This document shows, in pieces, positions 28,701-36,838 of a stretch of DNA of 64,000 bases. Each line of letters starts with the position of its first letter. Within the stretch, counting starts at the first letter, position 1. Source of the DNA: an uncultured virus (IMG/VR IMGVR_UViG_3300046096_000178). Lineage: Duplodnaviria > Heunggongvirae > Uroviricota > Caudoviricetes. The position numbers and the translations under genes are program-made. The notes under the pieces are model-generated. The model was not told where the DNA came from, made no database searches, and saw nothing but the letters and a program-made list of their open reading frames with translations. The stretch lies in the IMG/VR virus record IMGVR_UViG_3300046096_000178; one strand, 5' to 3'.

Positions 28701-30291
28701 CTTTGAAAACTTGGCCGAGAGGGTGAGTAAAGTGATTGGCGATATTACTGGTGAGCGCATATCCGTTAGAGACGCTGCTATTGGTATCCTATCCCCACAG
28801 TCGCTATCCAAAGACGAGATAGAGAGCCGCATTGCGGCTATCCAGTCCGGCGGACCGTCCAATGGTAGCGTCACGAGTACAGCGTCTCAACTAGCGTCCC
28901 TGACAGGTCAGTTGACTGCAGCTAACACCAACTTAGCCGCAGCCCAAACCGCCGCCAGCGTTGCCCAGAACAACGTCATCCGGCAAAGCACGGCTGCACA
29001 AAACTACTCGTTGGCCTACAGCGACTACGGCTCCAAGCAACTCGGCGTGGCTGAGGCACAGGCAGTGGTGAACGCCACACCTGACCGCCTCATGAGGGAT
29101 ATAGGACCTTGGTATAACCGCAGCTCTGAAGCCTACACCCCAGAGGCATACACAGCAGCTGTCAATGCTTTGAATGCCGCCAAGTCCGCACTCGCTGCGT
29201 CTGAGACCCGTATGTACGCCGCCCAGACAACTTGGTCCCAGATTCGGACCGAACTCGGCGGTGATGGTGGTGCAACCCTGCAGGCCGCCAATCAAGTCCT
29301 GAGCGCCATGACAACAGAACGTGACGCCCTGCAAGCCCAAGTCAACACCGCCCAAGGCTTGGCAGGCGCGGCTGTTCTGGCGTACCAGAAAGCCATGCAG
29401 GACTTCGTGAACTCGTCGTCTACATCCGTCACCCGACTCTCAAAGCTGAAAGATGAGACTGTCAAGTATTACGAGGCCCAAAAGGCCTTGGCAGACCTGA
29501 TGGCCGGCTCCGCTGCAGGAATCCGCGAAACTATCCGCAGCTACAAGTTCAGCCAGATGACCGACGAGCAAAAGGCTAACGACCTGAAGTCTCAGTTCGC
29601 CCAAGCCACGCTTATGGCGCAAAGCGCCACAGACGAGGGCCTTGTCGCCGCCAGCGACAAAGTGAACTCCCTCATCAACCCGCTGATTGAGGCCCTGCAG
29701 ACGACCGGGCAGGACAGCCTGATTGCTAAGGTCTTAGCCGATGCGGAGAGTGTCGCCGCCTTGGTGGACCAGAACATCTTGTCCATGAGCGATTACAGAG
29801 CTGACAGCTTGGCCCTGCTGGACACGATTGACCAGAAGCTGCTGGCCTTGGGCGCGTCCACAGGCACAGCCCAAGACGTAATCGCTGCTGCTGTAGCTGC
29901 AGGAGCCGACAGGACTGCCAACGGTCTGCGCGGAGTAATTGCCGCCATCCTTGGCCAGACCATACCCGCGTTTGCGTCCGGCGGCTTCCATTCCGGCGGT
30001 ATGCGCTTGGTAGGGGAGAACGGTCCAGAATTAGAGGCCACAGGCCCAAGTCGCATCTATAATGCTGCTCAGACCCAGAGCCTACTGACAAGCACAGGCT
30101 CTGACACCACCGCCCGCTTGGAGGCACTTGTACAACAGCAGGCAGAAATTATGCGCCAACAAAGCCGCCAGTTAGAGAATATGAGTTATGAGTTGCGGGC
30201 AATTGCAGGCAATACGGGCTATACCAGTGCAGTGCTGAAGCGAGTAACCCAAGGCGGCGAGTCCATCCAAACTACGGAGGTGGTGGTATGA
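22714..30291 (+). CDS. Tail tape measure protein (2525 aa)
   Basis: TP901-type core (EAAKGLEVLSLAGL, GITGSAAGTSYR), Ala-rich helices, C-terminal FASGG...VGENGPEL. Confidence 0.95.
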   Translation: MSEGSDDNILKLSVQIPNKDLDALDRLNEGIAKTGTNATKAATALKTAAPAGVDFAQAFASPSATKNIKAQEEAFGTFIKSAADYDSKVEKLGKASKTSLGRMAEAMKSVEKTGIAGTFKQAQEQMRQELISGEKTNLNLVRAQTSEIQNAYEHRLAKMGQLQGSELEAWRTQGARLGGFQASQLTEFKRSESIKRQAEREALAARRRSMSEAERDMALNVKYATDANTALQQISEKGSSRMLANIQKRSESIRRMLESGSADAEKLATKKYGSDFVGTVRQGLQGSGQVLAKHDETRIALIGEMANKEAEAIKLAAKKVEAARLEAAAKARTANIGTTGQRLAGNEVVGSYTPYNALRAQPIKAISEQVPALPMTSHAKEADELAKKFDRLSISGNNLHSSVRGLASGFGALWLTWGNTLPLLAGAAVSFSLTGAIKSGKEFESTLFNISEVAGTSAADMAILRDRLLEIGNKGMYGPLEAAKGLEVLSLAGLNAKDAMAALEPTMRFASAGGVNMQKAAEVTVAVGQAYGFTAQQYETLQDIITKTASDSIASVSDMAEAFKTASVVAQHFNLSLADTAEGLGSLAQIGITGSAAGTSYRNFYTEISKSSGKVAETLKALKVNIREVNGEAAGELKPTIEIFRELTLATVNKTKAAQDSYFAGLSNERGAKTFAAAQAKALETVKGMAGEHLKEADALEAKGKKAEAAAIRIKAVNEAFDVMAAKSKEATENAAGKNFIIAAEKRLTPQGSVDALKAALETGLVGAFTTASDSLMVFADRLHQTSSSPEFQKGLADMVKGTVDLGMALVEGTKFLWEHKEAVLGLSAAYVLFGKEALAVVLTGFVAVRAATAAFMAEVAVGTAVMAALRSSIAGVVMSLELMVPGILAAGSALVTGALVAGLAAITLGVIAATAAVGALAVKWIFAGESAQEALEKQDAKTLKGLQESSAAIKAKMNLFNESLTSELAASESALKARKEGLTAGEAADKAYGEAAVRRVDEYYRQLAGIERLLAAESELYFVRNNMYDPEMARATAQAEMESRLVKIEKDRHQAIYKTITDTNRLFQIKKQIAALDLAQSKTRRRGIQGSEGDIFDGEGGKKRKALTPLDLNQDNTLAELAKRNTTAVNLMDKLESDKLAILKVKREAEMITEGQYFAELLSMTRAFSDEKTALLELDAKTYSEAYAAGILNIIDATDKWKKSNPQATPEEVSKAVKDMETKISSAQNSAESFFEKISAEKAKAASATFRLVETEIIKVGKALHDLKKTSQEFWDAQDKAQVKAAAAAALDESLRYADPSYAAGVRASAAAQEALNDQYDKLVPNLKAAQENLDALISSQMDSGVPITAATDLMDKYNAQILALRTEMDQLKGEKGAGIKERAAATAKTILANSEREKLAGSLADAVIDGLTVGGDQSAKNLKKVLEDELSKPIKVNMQAMFSSVMGGTAFGGTGTLGGLGGPGSSILSNLSSLYDKLTGGLNVGANVGQFLVDKTGAGPIGSLLGEFGSGMTNTATMQSASMAAQAGGAQLAGVIAGSVLNGVSGYGISKALSGGFKVDGLDVDAIAGIASMIPGIGPVAGVIGGLVNRAFGYGSTEVREQGTRGTFNSSGFSGQNYANMHQQGGWFTSDRNWTETSAIDAAVAKRWTDAFVGVKSAASDSAKALGLSAYSIDSYSKSIDIAAGATSDTILAIFSGMADELAVRLVPNIAGFAVEGEAARDTLARLASSLTAVNTWLTATHTSLYAVSVSGAVAAAELLKAHGGLEKFASVSQAFYDTYYSNGEKVADSQTKMRKALVLLGYALPATNEGFRALVEGLDLNTEAGRNAHAVLLNLAPEFATTTAAMKTLAEETAKAATDAAEAILKSVTGSQFGVVASLGMVTSGLSLLSSTATNPTVSSLAAATAASAAMSNELLFMNSIMGTSTSSVLAFDTRVRPMRQNLIAAQTAAAGLQQQIYDLSIAADSANVDFTKLAAVLANVDTATFTTTVTKVFENLAERVSKVIGDITGERISVRDAAIGILSPQSLSKDEIESRIAAIQSGGPSNGSVTSTASQLASLTGQLTAANTNLAAAQTAASVAQNNVIRQSTAAQNYSLAYSDYGSKQLGVAEAQAVVNATPDRLMRDIGPWYNRSSEAYTPEAYTAAVNALNAAKSALAASETRMYAAQTTWSQIRTELGGDGGATLQAANQVLSAMTTERDALQAQVNTAQGLAGAAVLAYQKAMQDFVNSSSTSVTRLSKLKDETVKYYEAQKALADLMAGSAAGIRETIRSYKFSQMTDEQKANDLKSQFAQATLMAQSATDEGLVAASDKVNSLINPLIEALQTTGQDSLIAKVLADAESVAALVDQNILSMSDYRADSLALLDTIDQKLLALGASTGTAQDVIAAAVAAGADRTANGLRGVIAAILGQTIPAFASGGFHSGGMRLVGENGPELEATGPSRIYNAAQTQSLLTSTGSDTTARLEALVQQQAEIMRQQSRQLENMSYELRAIAGNTGYTSAVLKRVTQGGESIQTTEVVV

Positions 30292-31874
30292 AGGTAATAA
30301 AACCCACCACAATCACAGCGGGGTCCTTCGCACGGGCCAGCACTGCTACCTACATCGACAGCGCCGGTGTTATGCAGACAGCAGCCGTTGATACCCCCCG
30401 CCTAACCCACGACCCCATTACAAAGGTTTTTCAGGGGTTTATGGCGGAATTCGCTACAACCAACCTGCAAATCCATAGCAGTCAGTTTGGGGACGTAGCA
30501 TGGACCAAAACAGGCACCGCCGTTGCGGTGAACACCGCAACGGCACCAGACGGCACCACCTCCATGGACCGACTTGTTGAAGATAGTAGCACAGGGGCGC
30601 ACACTATCACGTCAGCAGGGCGCAGCGTTACTGCAGGCTTAGATTACACTTTTTCCGTTTACGTGAAGGCAGACACAGGGTCTAGGCGTATAGGAATCTC
30701 TCCGGGTTATTCGCCGCATTTCTCTTCAACCGACTTTGCCGTGTTTGACTTGACAACCGGGGCGTTTACCGACACTGGAACACTGGTCTGTAGCGTAACA
30801 GCCTTTGCAAACGGTGTGTACAGAATCTCAGGTAAGGCTGTTGCTCTCTCTACAGGCTCCGCGACCAGTCGAATCGAGTTGATGAGTGGCTCAACTAGCA
30901 CCTACTCAGGTGACGGCACATCCAGCGTCTACCTCTGGGGTGCCCAGTACGAGCAGGGCAACCTGTCCAGCTACTACGCCACAACTCACGTTACAGCGAC
31001 TCGTGCTGCTGATGTGACTACGGGGGCTTTTGTCTACACCAGTCTGGTGGATGTAGACGCAGCCTACGCTGCAGGCACCACCTACACCCTCAATGACCGA
31101 GTGACTTACGACAAGCAAATATGGGAGTGCGTCCTGTCGCCTAGCACCGGCAACACGCCGTCCACGTCACCCACCTACTGGTTGAGCAGGGGGCCGTCCA
31201 ATACTTGGGCAGCTTTTGACTCCCAGGTCAGCACATCCAGCACAGCAGCGACTGAGCAGGTTTACATACTTAGACCTGGCTACTGTTCGGGCTTGGGGAT
31301 GTTCGGACTTGAAGGCCTACAAGTTGAGGTCAGTGTGTTAAGTGAGCACGGTGGAGAGATACTGCGTACTGAGAAGTTCGTGTTAGATGGGGCACCTATC
31401 GCCAATTGGTATCAATACTACTTCTCACCTTTTGAACAACGCACAGACTACACGCTGACTGATTTATCGTTGTACAGCCTGTCGTACATCACCATACGAA
31501 TCACAGGTTCCACCACGAAATGCGGTCACCTGAGCTTAGGACAGACCGTGGACCTCGGTGGTTCCCAGTATGGGGCCTCCATTGGAATCACCGACTACAG
31601 CATAAAAAAGACTGACACCAACGGGGTCACGACCTTTGTTCAGAAGGGCTACAGTAAAGACCTCAGCGTTGATACCTTGTTCGACAAGTCGCAGTTGTCC
31701 GGTGTCTATCGCACACTTGCAGGTCTGAGAGCCACCCCATGCACATGGATTGTTGCCGATGTGGCGGAATATGAGACTCTCACTACCTTCGGAAACATCC
31801 GAGACTTCACTATTAACGTAGAATACTACTCTACTTCGCTATGCAACTTTGACATTCAAGGGCTATCCGCATGA
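30288..31874 (+). CDS. Distal tail/tip protein with inserted carbohydrate-binding-like domain
   Basis: Follows the tape measure; RASTATY...WGAQYE.G...TRAAD insert; AYAAGTTY...VTY short CBM-like motif. Confidence 0.65.
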   Translation: MKVIKPTTITAGSFARASTATYIDSAGVMQTAAVDTPRLTHDPITKVFQGFMAEFATTNLQIHSSQFGDVAWTKTGTAVAVNTATAPDGTTSMDRLVEDSSTGAHTITSAGRSVTAGLDYTFSVYVKADTGSRRIGISPGYSPHFSSTDFAVFDLTTGAFTDTGTLVCSVTAFANGVYRISGKAVALSTGSATSRIELMSGSTSTYSGDGTSSVYLWGAQYEQGNLSSYYATTHVTATRAADVTTGAFVYTSLVDVDAAYAAGTTYTLNDRVTYDKQIWECVLSPSTGNTPSTSPTYWLSRGPSNTWAAFDSQVSTSSTAATEQVYILRPGYCSGLGMFGLEGLQVEVSVLSEHGGEILRTEKFVLDGAPIANWYQYYFSPFEQRTDYTLTDLSLYSLSYITIRITGSTTKCGHLSLGQTVDLGGSQYGASIGITDYSIKKTDTNGVTTFVQKGYSKDLSVDTLFDKSQLSGVYRTLAGLRATPCTWIVADVAEYETLTTFGNIRDFTINVEYYSTSLCNFDIQGLSA

Positions 31875-32689
31875 CCGTACTTATCCCTATAAACTCCACG
31901 CCTGCCCCCAGTAGGCTGGACACCCCGAATTTTGCCGAACGGGCCGACGCCTACCACGCATGGCTGCCTGTCGCTATTGACGCGATGAACGCTCAAAACC
32001 TGGAGAATAACGCCGTAGCTGCTGACATAACTGCCGACATAGGGGCAACTACTGCCAGCGCTGCAGCCGCATCAGCCAGCGCCGCTGCCGCTGCAGCCAG
32101 TGCCGCTGCCGCTGCAGCCAGTGCTTCGGTAGCCGCAGGTGAGGCTAGTGCGGACGTAGTTGGATTCGCCCCTGCGGGTACTATCTCGTCAACAAATGTT
32201 CAAGCGGCTATTGAGGAGGTCTCGTCCGATTTAACTGCCTCGATTACAGCAAACTTCACAGCCACTCAAAACGGGACTGTGTTCTTGCTGACTAGCGTAG
32301 CAGGAACTAATACAATCACAGCTACCATAACTCCAGCTATCACAGCCTACGTTACAGGGCAGACCTTTCGCTTCGTAGCCGCTGGCGCTAACACAGGCGC
32401 AGTGACTATCAACATCAACGGGTTGGGTGCTAAGGCTGTTACGAAGTCGGGCGCTACGGCCTTGACTGGTGGGGATATTCCAGCGGGCGCTGCGGTGCAG
32501 ATTTTTTATGATGGTACACGGTTCCAACTTTCGAGTGGTGGTGGTAGTTCATCAGGCGTGAACCTCTTAACCCAAGCCAACGGGGTCAGTGTACTGGCAG
32601 GGACAGGCCAAGTGTTAGTTGGCCCCCTCACCATCCCTACGGGACAAAACATTACAGTCGCCTCTGGCGCTAGATTGGTACTTTTATGA
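31871..32689 (+). CDS. Tail fibre protein
   Basis: PSR.D..NFAERADA N-terminus, Ala heptads, ANTGAVTININGLGAK...YDGTRFQL domain. Confidence 0.7.
   Translation: MTVLIPINSTPAPSRLDTPNFAERADAYHAWLPVAIDAMNAQNLENNAVAADITADIGATTASAAAASASAAAAAASAAAAAASASVAAGEASADVVGFAPAGTISSTNVQAAIEEVSSDLTASITANFTATQNGTVFLLTSVAGTNTITATITPAITAYVTGQTFRFVAAGANTGAVTININGLGAKAVTKSGATALTGGDIPAGAAVQIFYDGTRFQLSSGGGSSSGVNLLTQANGVSVLAGTGQVLVGPLTIPTGQNITVASGARLVLL
32053..32124 (+). repeat. Imperfect 21-bp tandem repeats encoding SAAAAAA heptads
   Basis: gccagcgctgcagccgcatca / gccagcgccgctgccgctgca / gccagtgccgctgccgctgca. Confidence 0.7.
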
Positions 32690-33279
32690 CAATGATTTTA
32701 GACGGAAATGGAAGCATCACAGGCCTAGTAGCAGGTGGGTTGCCCGATGCTACGGTGACTGCTGCGGATATTGTGGACGCAAGCATCACGGCTGCAAAAC
32801 TGAGCCAGCCCTTAACACTCGGCACTGCTCAGGCCGCTACATCAGGTACGTCTATTGACTTCACTGGCATCCCTTCATGGGCGAAGCGGATTACTTTGAT
32901 GCTAGGTGTTGTTTCCACAAGCGGCACCAGTGATTTGCTTGTTCAGGGGGGTGCTGGTTCTATTGATACCGCAACCTATAACGATGTTGTCAGCGGGATT
33001 GTCGGCACTGCTGTTGGTTCAACAACTGTAACCACAATAGGATTCCGTCTTACTCCTTCTGTAACTGCTGCCACTACTAATTCAGGCCAATTGGTAATGA
33101 CGCTAATTGGTTCAAACCGCTGGGCGGTTACACATACATTGACTAGAAACGATGGCATAGTTGCAATAGGTGGTGGGGATAAGTTGTTCTCAGGAACCCT
33201 AGACCGCATTCGTCTCACCACAGTCAACGGCACAGACACCTTCGACGGTGGAAGCATGAATATTCTCTGCGAAGGTTAA
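32686..33279 (+). CDS. Tail fibre-associated/receptor-binding protein
   Basis: Gly/Thr-rich; TSGTSIDFTGIPSWAKRIT...LDRIRLTT.NGTDTFD pattern. Confidence 0.6.
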   Translation: MTMILDGNGSITGLVAGGLPDATVTAADIVDASITAAKLSQPLTLGTAQAATSGTSIDFTGIPSWAKRITLMLGVVSTSGTSDLLVQGGAGSIDTATYNDVVSGIVGTAVGSTTVTTIGFRLTPSVTAATTNSGQLVMTLIGSNRWAVTHTLTRNDGIVAIGGGDKLFSGTLDRIRLTTVNGTDTFDGGSMNILCEG

Positions 33280-33281
33280 GC

Positions 33282-33563
33282 ATGATAGACGATCACCCAA
33301 CCTACGGCGGCACAGAGCGACGAAGCGGCACACACGAGCATTTAGTCAATTCAATAATCACGGCTCTCAAGGTTCACTATCAGCCTACGTGCCTGACAGA
33401 GCAGGAACAGCAATGGGTTAGGTTAGCCATTCAAGAGCAGTCTAATCGTGCGGCTATGCGTAAAGCCATCATTGAAAAATCATTAAGTGGTTTGGTATGG
33501 TCTGGACTTGTTGGTCTTGGTTACATAGTTCTTGACTACATGAAAGCGCATGGTTTTAAATGA
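33282..33563 (+). CDS. Putative holin/antiholin
   Basis: Y.G.ERR N-terminus, one C-terminal hydrophobic helix, directly upstream of the endolysin. Confidence 0.5.
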   Translation: MIDDHPTYGGTERRSGTHEHLVNSIITALKVHYQPTCLTEQEQQWVRLAIQEQSNRAAMRKAIIEKSLSGLVWSGLVGLGYIVLDYMKAHGFK

Positions 33564-34000
33564 ACCTTTCACCGCATTTCACCGTCGCAGAGTTCACCCA
33601 GTCTCAAACGGCTGGGCGGCTTGGAATCAACAACGATTTACCGATAGAGCTTTATGAAACTGCGAAAAGAACCGCAGCCGGACTTGAGCAGGTTAGATTG
33701 CGCCTTCGTTCTAATCCAATCCATATTAGTAGCGGTTATCGGTGTCTTGCTCTTAACGCTGCTGTAGGCTCAAAACATACAAGTCAGCATGTCAAGGCCG
33801 AAGCGGTTGACTTCACTTGCCCTACGTTCGGAAGTGTTGACCAGATTGTCAAGGCAATCATTGATAGCGACATTGTTTACGACCAATTGATAAGCGAGTT
33901 CGCATCCAATGGTGGCGGCTGGGTGCATATCTCATTCAGCGACGCGAACAAGAAACAAGCACTCATTATTGATGCACATGGAACAAGGGCTTATGTATGA
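33560..34000 (+). CDS. Endolysin, peptidase M15 family
   Basis: LSPHFT..EF, SSGYRC..LN.AVG, SQH...EA.D, WVHISF zinc-peptidase motifs. Confidence 0.9.
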   Translation: MNLSPHFTVAEFTQSQTAGRLGINNDLPIELYETAKRTAAGLEQVRLRLRSNPIHISSGYRCLALNAAVGSKHTSQHVKAEAVDFTCPTFGSVDQIVKAIIDSDIVYDQLISEFASNGGGWVHISFSDANKKQALIIDAHGTRAYV

Positions 34001-34497
34001 ACGAACTACTGGCAAAACTTGCACCACTCCTAGGTAGCGCCATTGCAGGCCCATTCGGGGCCATTGCAGCCTCATTCATCGCCGATAAGCTAGGTGTGCC
34101 TGAAAAGACAGTTCAAGCCGTTAGCGACGCGCTCAGTGCCGATAAGCTAACACCAGACCAAGTAGCGCAAATAAAGCTGGCTGAGATTGAGTTCAAAAAG
34201 TGGATGGACGATAACGAGATTAAGCGCGAACAATTGGCCTTAGATGATAGGAAGAGCGCGCGTGAAATGCATGTGTCTACGGGGTCAACAGTTCCCGCTG
34301 TACTAACTTACTTGATCACGGTGGGGTTCTTTGGGATATTAGCCTTCATGATGTCTGAATCGTACAAGAGTAGCGAACCTCTATTGGTCATGTTGGGCAG
34401 CTTGGGCACCGCGTGGATGGCCTGCGTTTCTTATTGGTTTGGGTCGAGTAGTTCGTCAAGAAACAAGGACGATACCATTGCAAGATCGCTGAAGTGA
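33997..34497 (+). CDS. Holin-like membrane protein
   Basis: D..SAR.M motif, two C-terminal TM helices, YWFGSS..S..K ending. Confidence 0.75.
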   Translation: MNELLAKLAPLLGSAIAGPFGAIAASFIADKLGVPEKTVQAVSDALSADKLTPDQVAQIKLAEIEFKKWMDDNEIKREQLALDDRKSAREMHVSTGSTVPAVLTYLITVGFFGILAFMMSESYKSSEPLLVMLGSLGTAWMACVSYWFGSSSSSRNKDDTIARSLK

Positions 34498-34578
34498 TAC
34501 GAAAAACCCCCAAGCAATTGCACCTAAGTGCTTTTGATGGGGGCTTGAATTATCAGTTTTGCCGAAAAACCCCTGCCT

Positions 34579-34776
34579 TTAGGCGTGGAGGAGGATGTCA
34601 AACGCCCAGTTGCTAGCCTCTTGAATCTCGCGCATTGCCACACGAAGTGCTGCATTTTCTCGCGCCATTGTCAGGTCACGTTCGCTGTCCTGCTTACGCA
34701 TGGCGCGGATTGTTTCAAGCTCTTGATCTGCTGTAAGTGCGCGGCGCTCCCATTGTTTTGCGGTTGTAGTGCTCAC
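34579..34776 (-). CDS. Hypothetical coiled-coil protein; last gene of the leftward operon
   Basis: Coupled chain of minus-strand ORFs. Confidence 0.6.
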   Translation of the reverse strand: MSTTTAKQWERRALTADQELETIRAMRKQDSERDLTMARENAALRVAMREIQEASNWAFDILLHA

Positions 34777-34970
34777 TGATCACCATCCAACTTCATAGCT
34801 GATAGAGCATATTGCAAGCTTGGTACGATTGCATCAAAGGTGGTTCGATCAAGGCAGCTTTTGAGTTCAATCGTTGCACCACCTTCATCAAACATAGTTA
34901 CTTTGGCAATAAGCATTTTTGCATCTTCGTCGTGTATTTCAAACTCAACTGGGGTTACTGTGTATTTCAC
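34773..34970 (-). CDS. Hypothetical protein
   Basis: GGAGG RBS; 4-bp overlap with the next gene. Confidence 0.6.
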   Translation of the reverse strand: MKYTVTPVEFEIHDEDAKMLIAKVTMFDEGGATIELKSCLDRTTFDAIVPSLQYALSAMKLDGDQ

Positions 34971-34998
34971 TTGTCACCTCCAATGGTTTGAAATTGGT

Positions 34999-35229
34999 TC
35001 ATTTGATAACTTTCAAAGTGACAGCATTAGCAGAGTAGTTTCCCTGACGGATACAAGCTGCCATCGGGTCTTTTGGGTCTTTCAATGTGAACGGCTTTGA
35101 CTTGTCAATTGAGCAAAGGTTGTGGCTGTCGTTGATTGCACCAACAAAGAACCGTGCGCTGTTGTTTTCAACTTCGTCGCCGACCGAGATTGCAATATCG
35201 GTTCCGTAGATACGAATAAAGTCTTTCAT
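34999..35229 (-). CDS. Hypothetical protein
   Basis: ATGA overlap with the upstream gene. Confidence 0.55.
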   Translation of the reverse strand: MKDFIRIYGTDIAISVGDEVENNSARFFVGAINDSHNLCSIDKSKPFTLKDPKDPMAACIRQGNYSANAVTLKVIK

Positions 35230-35453
35230 GTCGTCTCGTCCTTTAGTTTGCGGATAGCTTGTGCTGCCCGAGTTCCGTAAATATTGATACCCGTTGGGAT
35301 GTGGGTATCGCAGATGGTTTTCTGTGCAAGCGCAGCCGCTTCCTCCAACACATCGCGCCGGAACTGGAGCATTTGCTCTTCGGTGTAGCCTACAACCGAG
35401 CCAACGCCATTTCCCCAGCTTGCTATCGCTTTTGGTTCAGGTAGCTTGGTCAT
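35226..35453 (-). CDS. Hypothetical protein, paralog of 37643..37864
   Basis: MTKLPEP...YTEEQMLQFRRD...CDTHIPTG shared. Confidence 0.7.
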   Translation of the reverse strand: MTKLPEPKAIASWGNGVGSVVGYTEEQMLQFRRDVLEEAAALAQKTICDTHIPTGINIYGTRAAQAIRKLKDETT

Positions 35454-36016
35454 GCTGTGCCTTTCATAGCTGCGCTAGATGTGGTGCTTGGTTCTTCCAT
35501 TCTTTTGATATACCGTAGTGCTGTTTCATGGCGGCTCTCGTTGGGGAACTTTCGCGCAACTGCAAAGATCAATTCACGATAACGCCAAGCATCCCGTTGC
35601 ACATAGTCATCAATGACTGGGGTAGAGTACAAAGGCAGGGTGTATTCACCTTCATGGCTTTCGTGTTCATCAGGGCAAATAACATCAAGTACCAAACCAT
35701 CATCTCTCCGCATAGCGAATGCACACGGTGTCTGATTCTGGCTTGCTTCAATAATCGCCTGCGCTTCGGCTAGTTGCTGGCGCAGGGTGTTGTTTTCTTC
35801 CTTCAATGAAGCCACTGCAAAATCGGCTGCTGCTATTTGCTCTTGTCTGCGTGTAATTGAGTTTTGCAGTTCTGCCTGTATCCGTTCATTCTCTGCTTGC
35901 AGCGCTTCGATAGCGTCTGCGGCTTCAGTGGCTAGTGGCCCCCAGCCGATATAAACAACGCGCTCTCGCTCAATACCTGCACCGACGCGCAGCCGTGCTA
36001 TCAATTCTTTGTACAT
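35450..36016 (-). CDS. Hypothetical mosaic early protein (Ead/Ea22-like style)
   Basis: ELIARLR...EAADAIEALQAE coiled coil, PLY motif. Confidence 0.6.
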   Translation of the reverse strand: MYKELIARLRVGAGIERERVVYIGWGPLATEAADAIEALQAENERIQAELQNSITRRQEQIAAADFAVASLKEENNTLRQQLAEAQAIIEASQNQTPCAFAMRRDDGLVLDVICPDEHESHEGEYTLPLYSTPVIDDYVQRDAWRYRELIFAVARKFPNESRHETALRYIKRMEEPSTTSSAAMKGTA

Positions 36017-36552
36017 GTTTGTTTCCTCATTTGTTCCACTAGCCTATTACGTTCAAGCATGGCATTGTGCATCTGCATCGGACTGCTATTTGTAGCCACT
36101 TCCTCAAACAAGTCCAAGCCGTCCGCTATCTCTGCCAATGCAGGGCCATCAAAGCCCCATACGCCCGTTTTTTCCCATCGTGTGCGTGTACGTAGCAAAG
36201 CAGCGTCCGCAGTGTCTAGCGCGTCAACGGCTAGGTTTTCGTTGCCTGCTATCTGTGCAAACCGTATCTTTGCTTCACCCAGTGCAACAATCAGCACATC
36301 GTAGCTATGGGAATTCCCATAGCCGCTTTTGATGCGCTCAAACGCCATGCGGGTTTCGATAATCATTGCGCGGATGGCTTCAAAGCTAGGCACTTTTGCA
36401 ATTGCACCGGGTATCAATTCGTCAGAATATGCGCGGCACTTGGTTAAGGTGTTCAACCAAGCTGCGGCATTGTAGGTTTGGTCGGTACGTCGCATCTTGC
36501 GTGCGTATGTGCTAGTTTTTTTCAATCTGGTCCCCAATAACTGCCATTGCAA
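36001..36552 (-). CDS. Helical hypothetical protein (true start probably ~36495-36526)
   Basis: Long ORF in the coupled operon. Confidence 0.6.
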   Translation of the reverse strand: MQWQLLGTRLKKTSTYARKMRRTDQTYNAAAWLNTLTKCRAYSDELIPGAIAKVPSFEAIRAMIIETRMAFERIKSGYGNSHSYDVLIVALGEAKIRFAQIAGNENLAVDALDTADAALLRTRTRWEKTGVWGFDGPALAEIADGLDLFEEVATNSSPMQMHNAMLERNRLVEQMRKQTCTKN

Positions 36553-36838
36553 TGGCCTTCTGTGGTGTATCTGCTATGGTGTCAGGCCAAACAACCCACT
36601 GACCGTCAAGCAGTCCTTTTTTATCCCGATGTACGTAAGGGAATTTGTTGTATTTAGCAGCAATCGGACCAATCACACTCCAGTCTAGGTAGTTGAATGT
36701 TCTGAAGTGATTGCGACCATCAGGACAGATTAAAATGTATCGATAGCTTGGGTGTGTACCGGCAAAATGAATACTAATTGTTGATTCATCCCACCCTATC
36801 GCTAGAGCGAGTGCTTTACTGATTTCTACGTCTGTCAA
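36512..36838 (-). CDS. NinX/DUF2591-like phage protein
   Basis: EISKALALAIGW...DWSVIGPI...TPQKAIAMA pattern. Confidence 0.55.
   Translation of the reverse strand: MTDVEISKALALAIGWDESTISIHFAGTHPSYRYILICPDGRNHFRTFNYLDWSVIGPIAAKYNKFPYVHRDKKGLLDGQWVVWPDTIADTPQKAIAMAVIGDQIEKN

Noticed and set aside
30288..33279. Diversity-generating retroelement or invertible fibre system
   Set aside because: No reverse transcriptase, template/variable repeat pair or invertase seen in the window.
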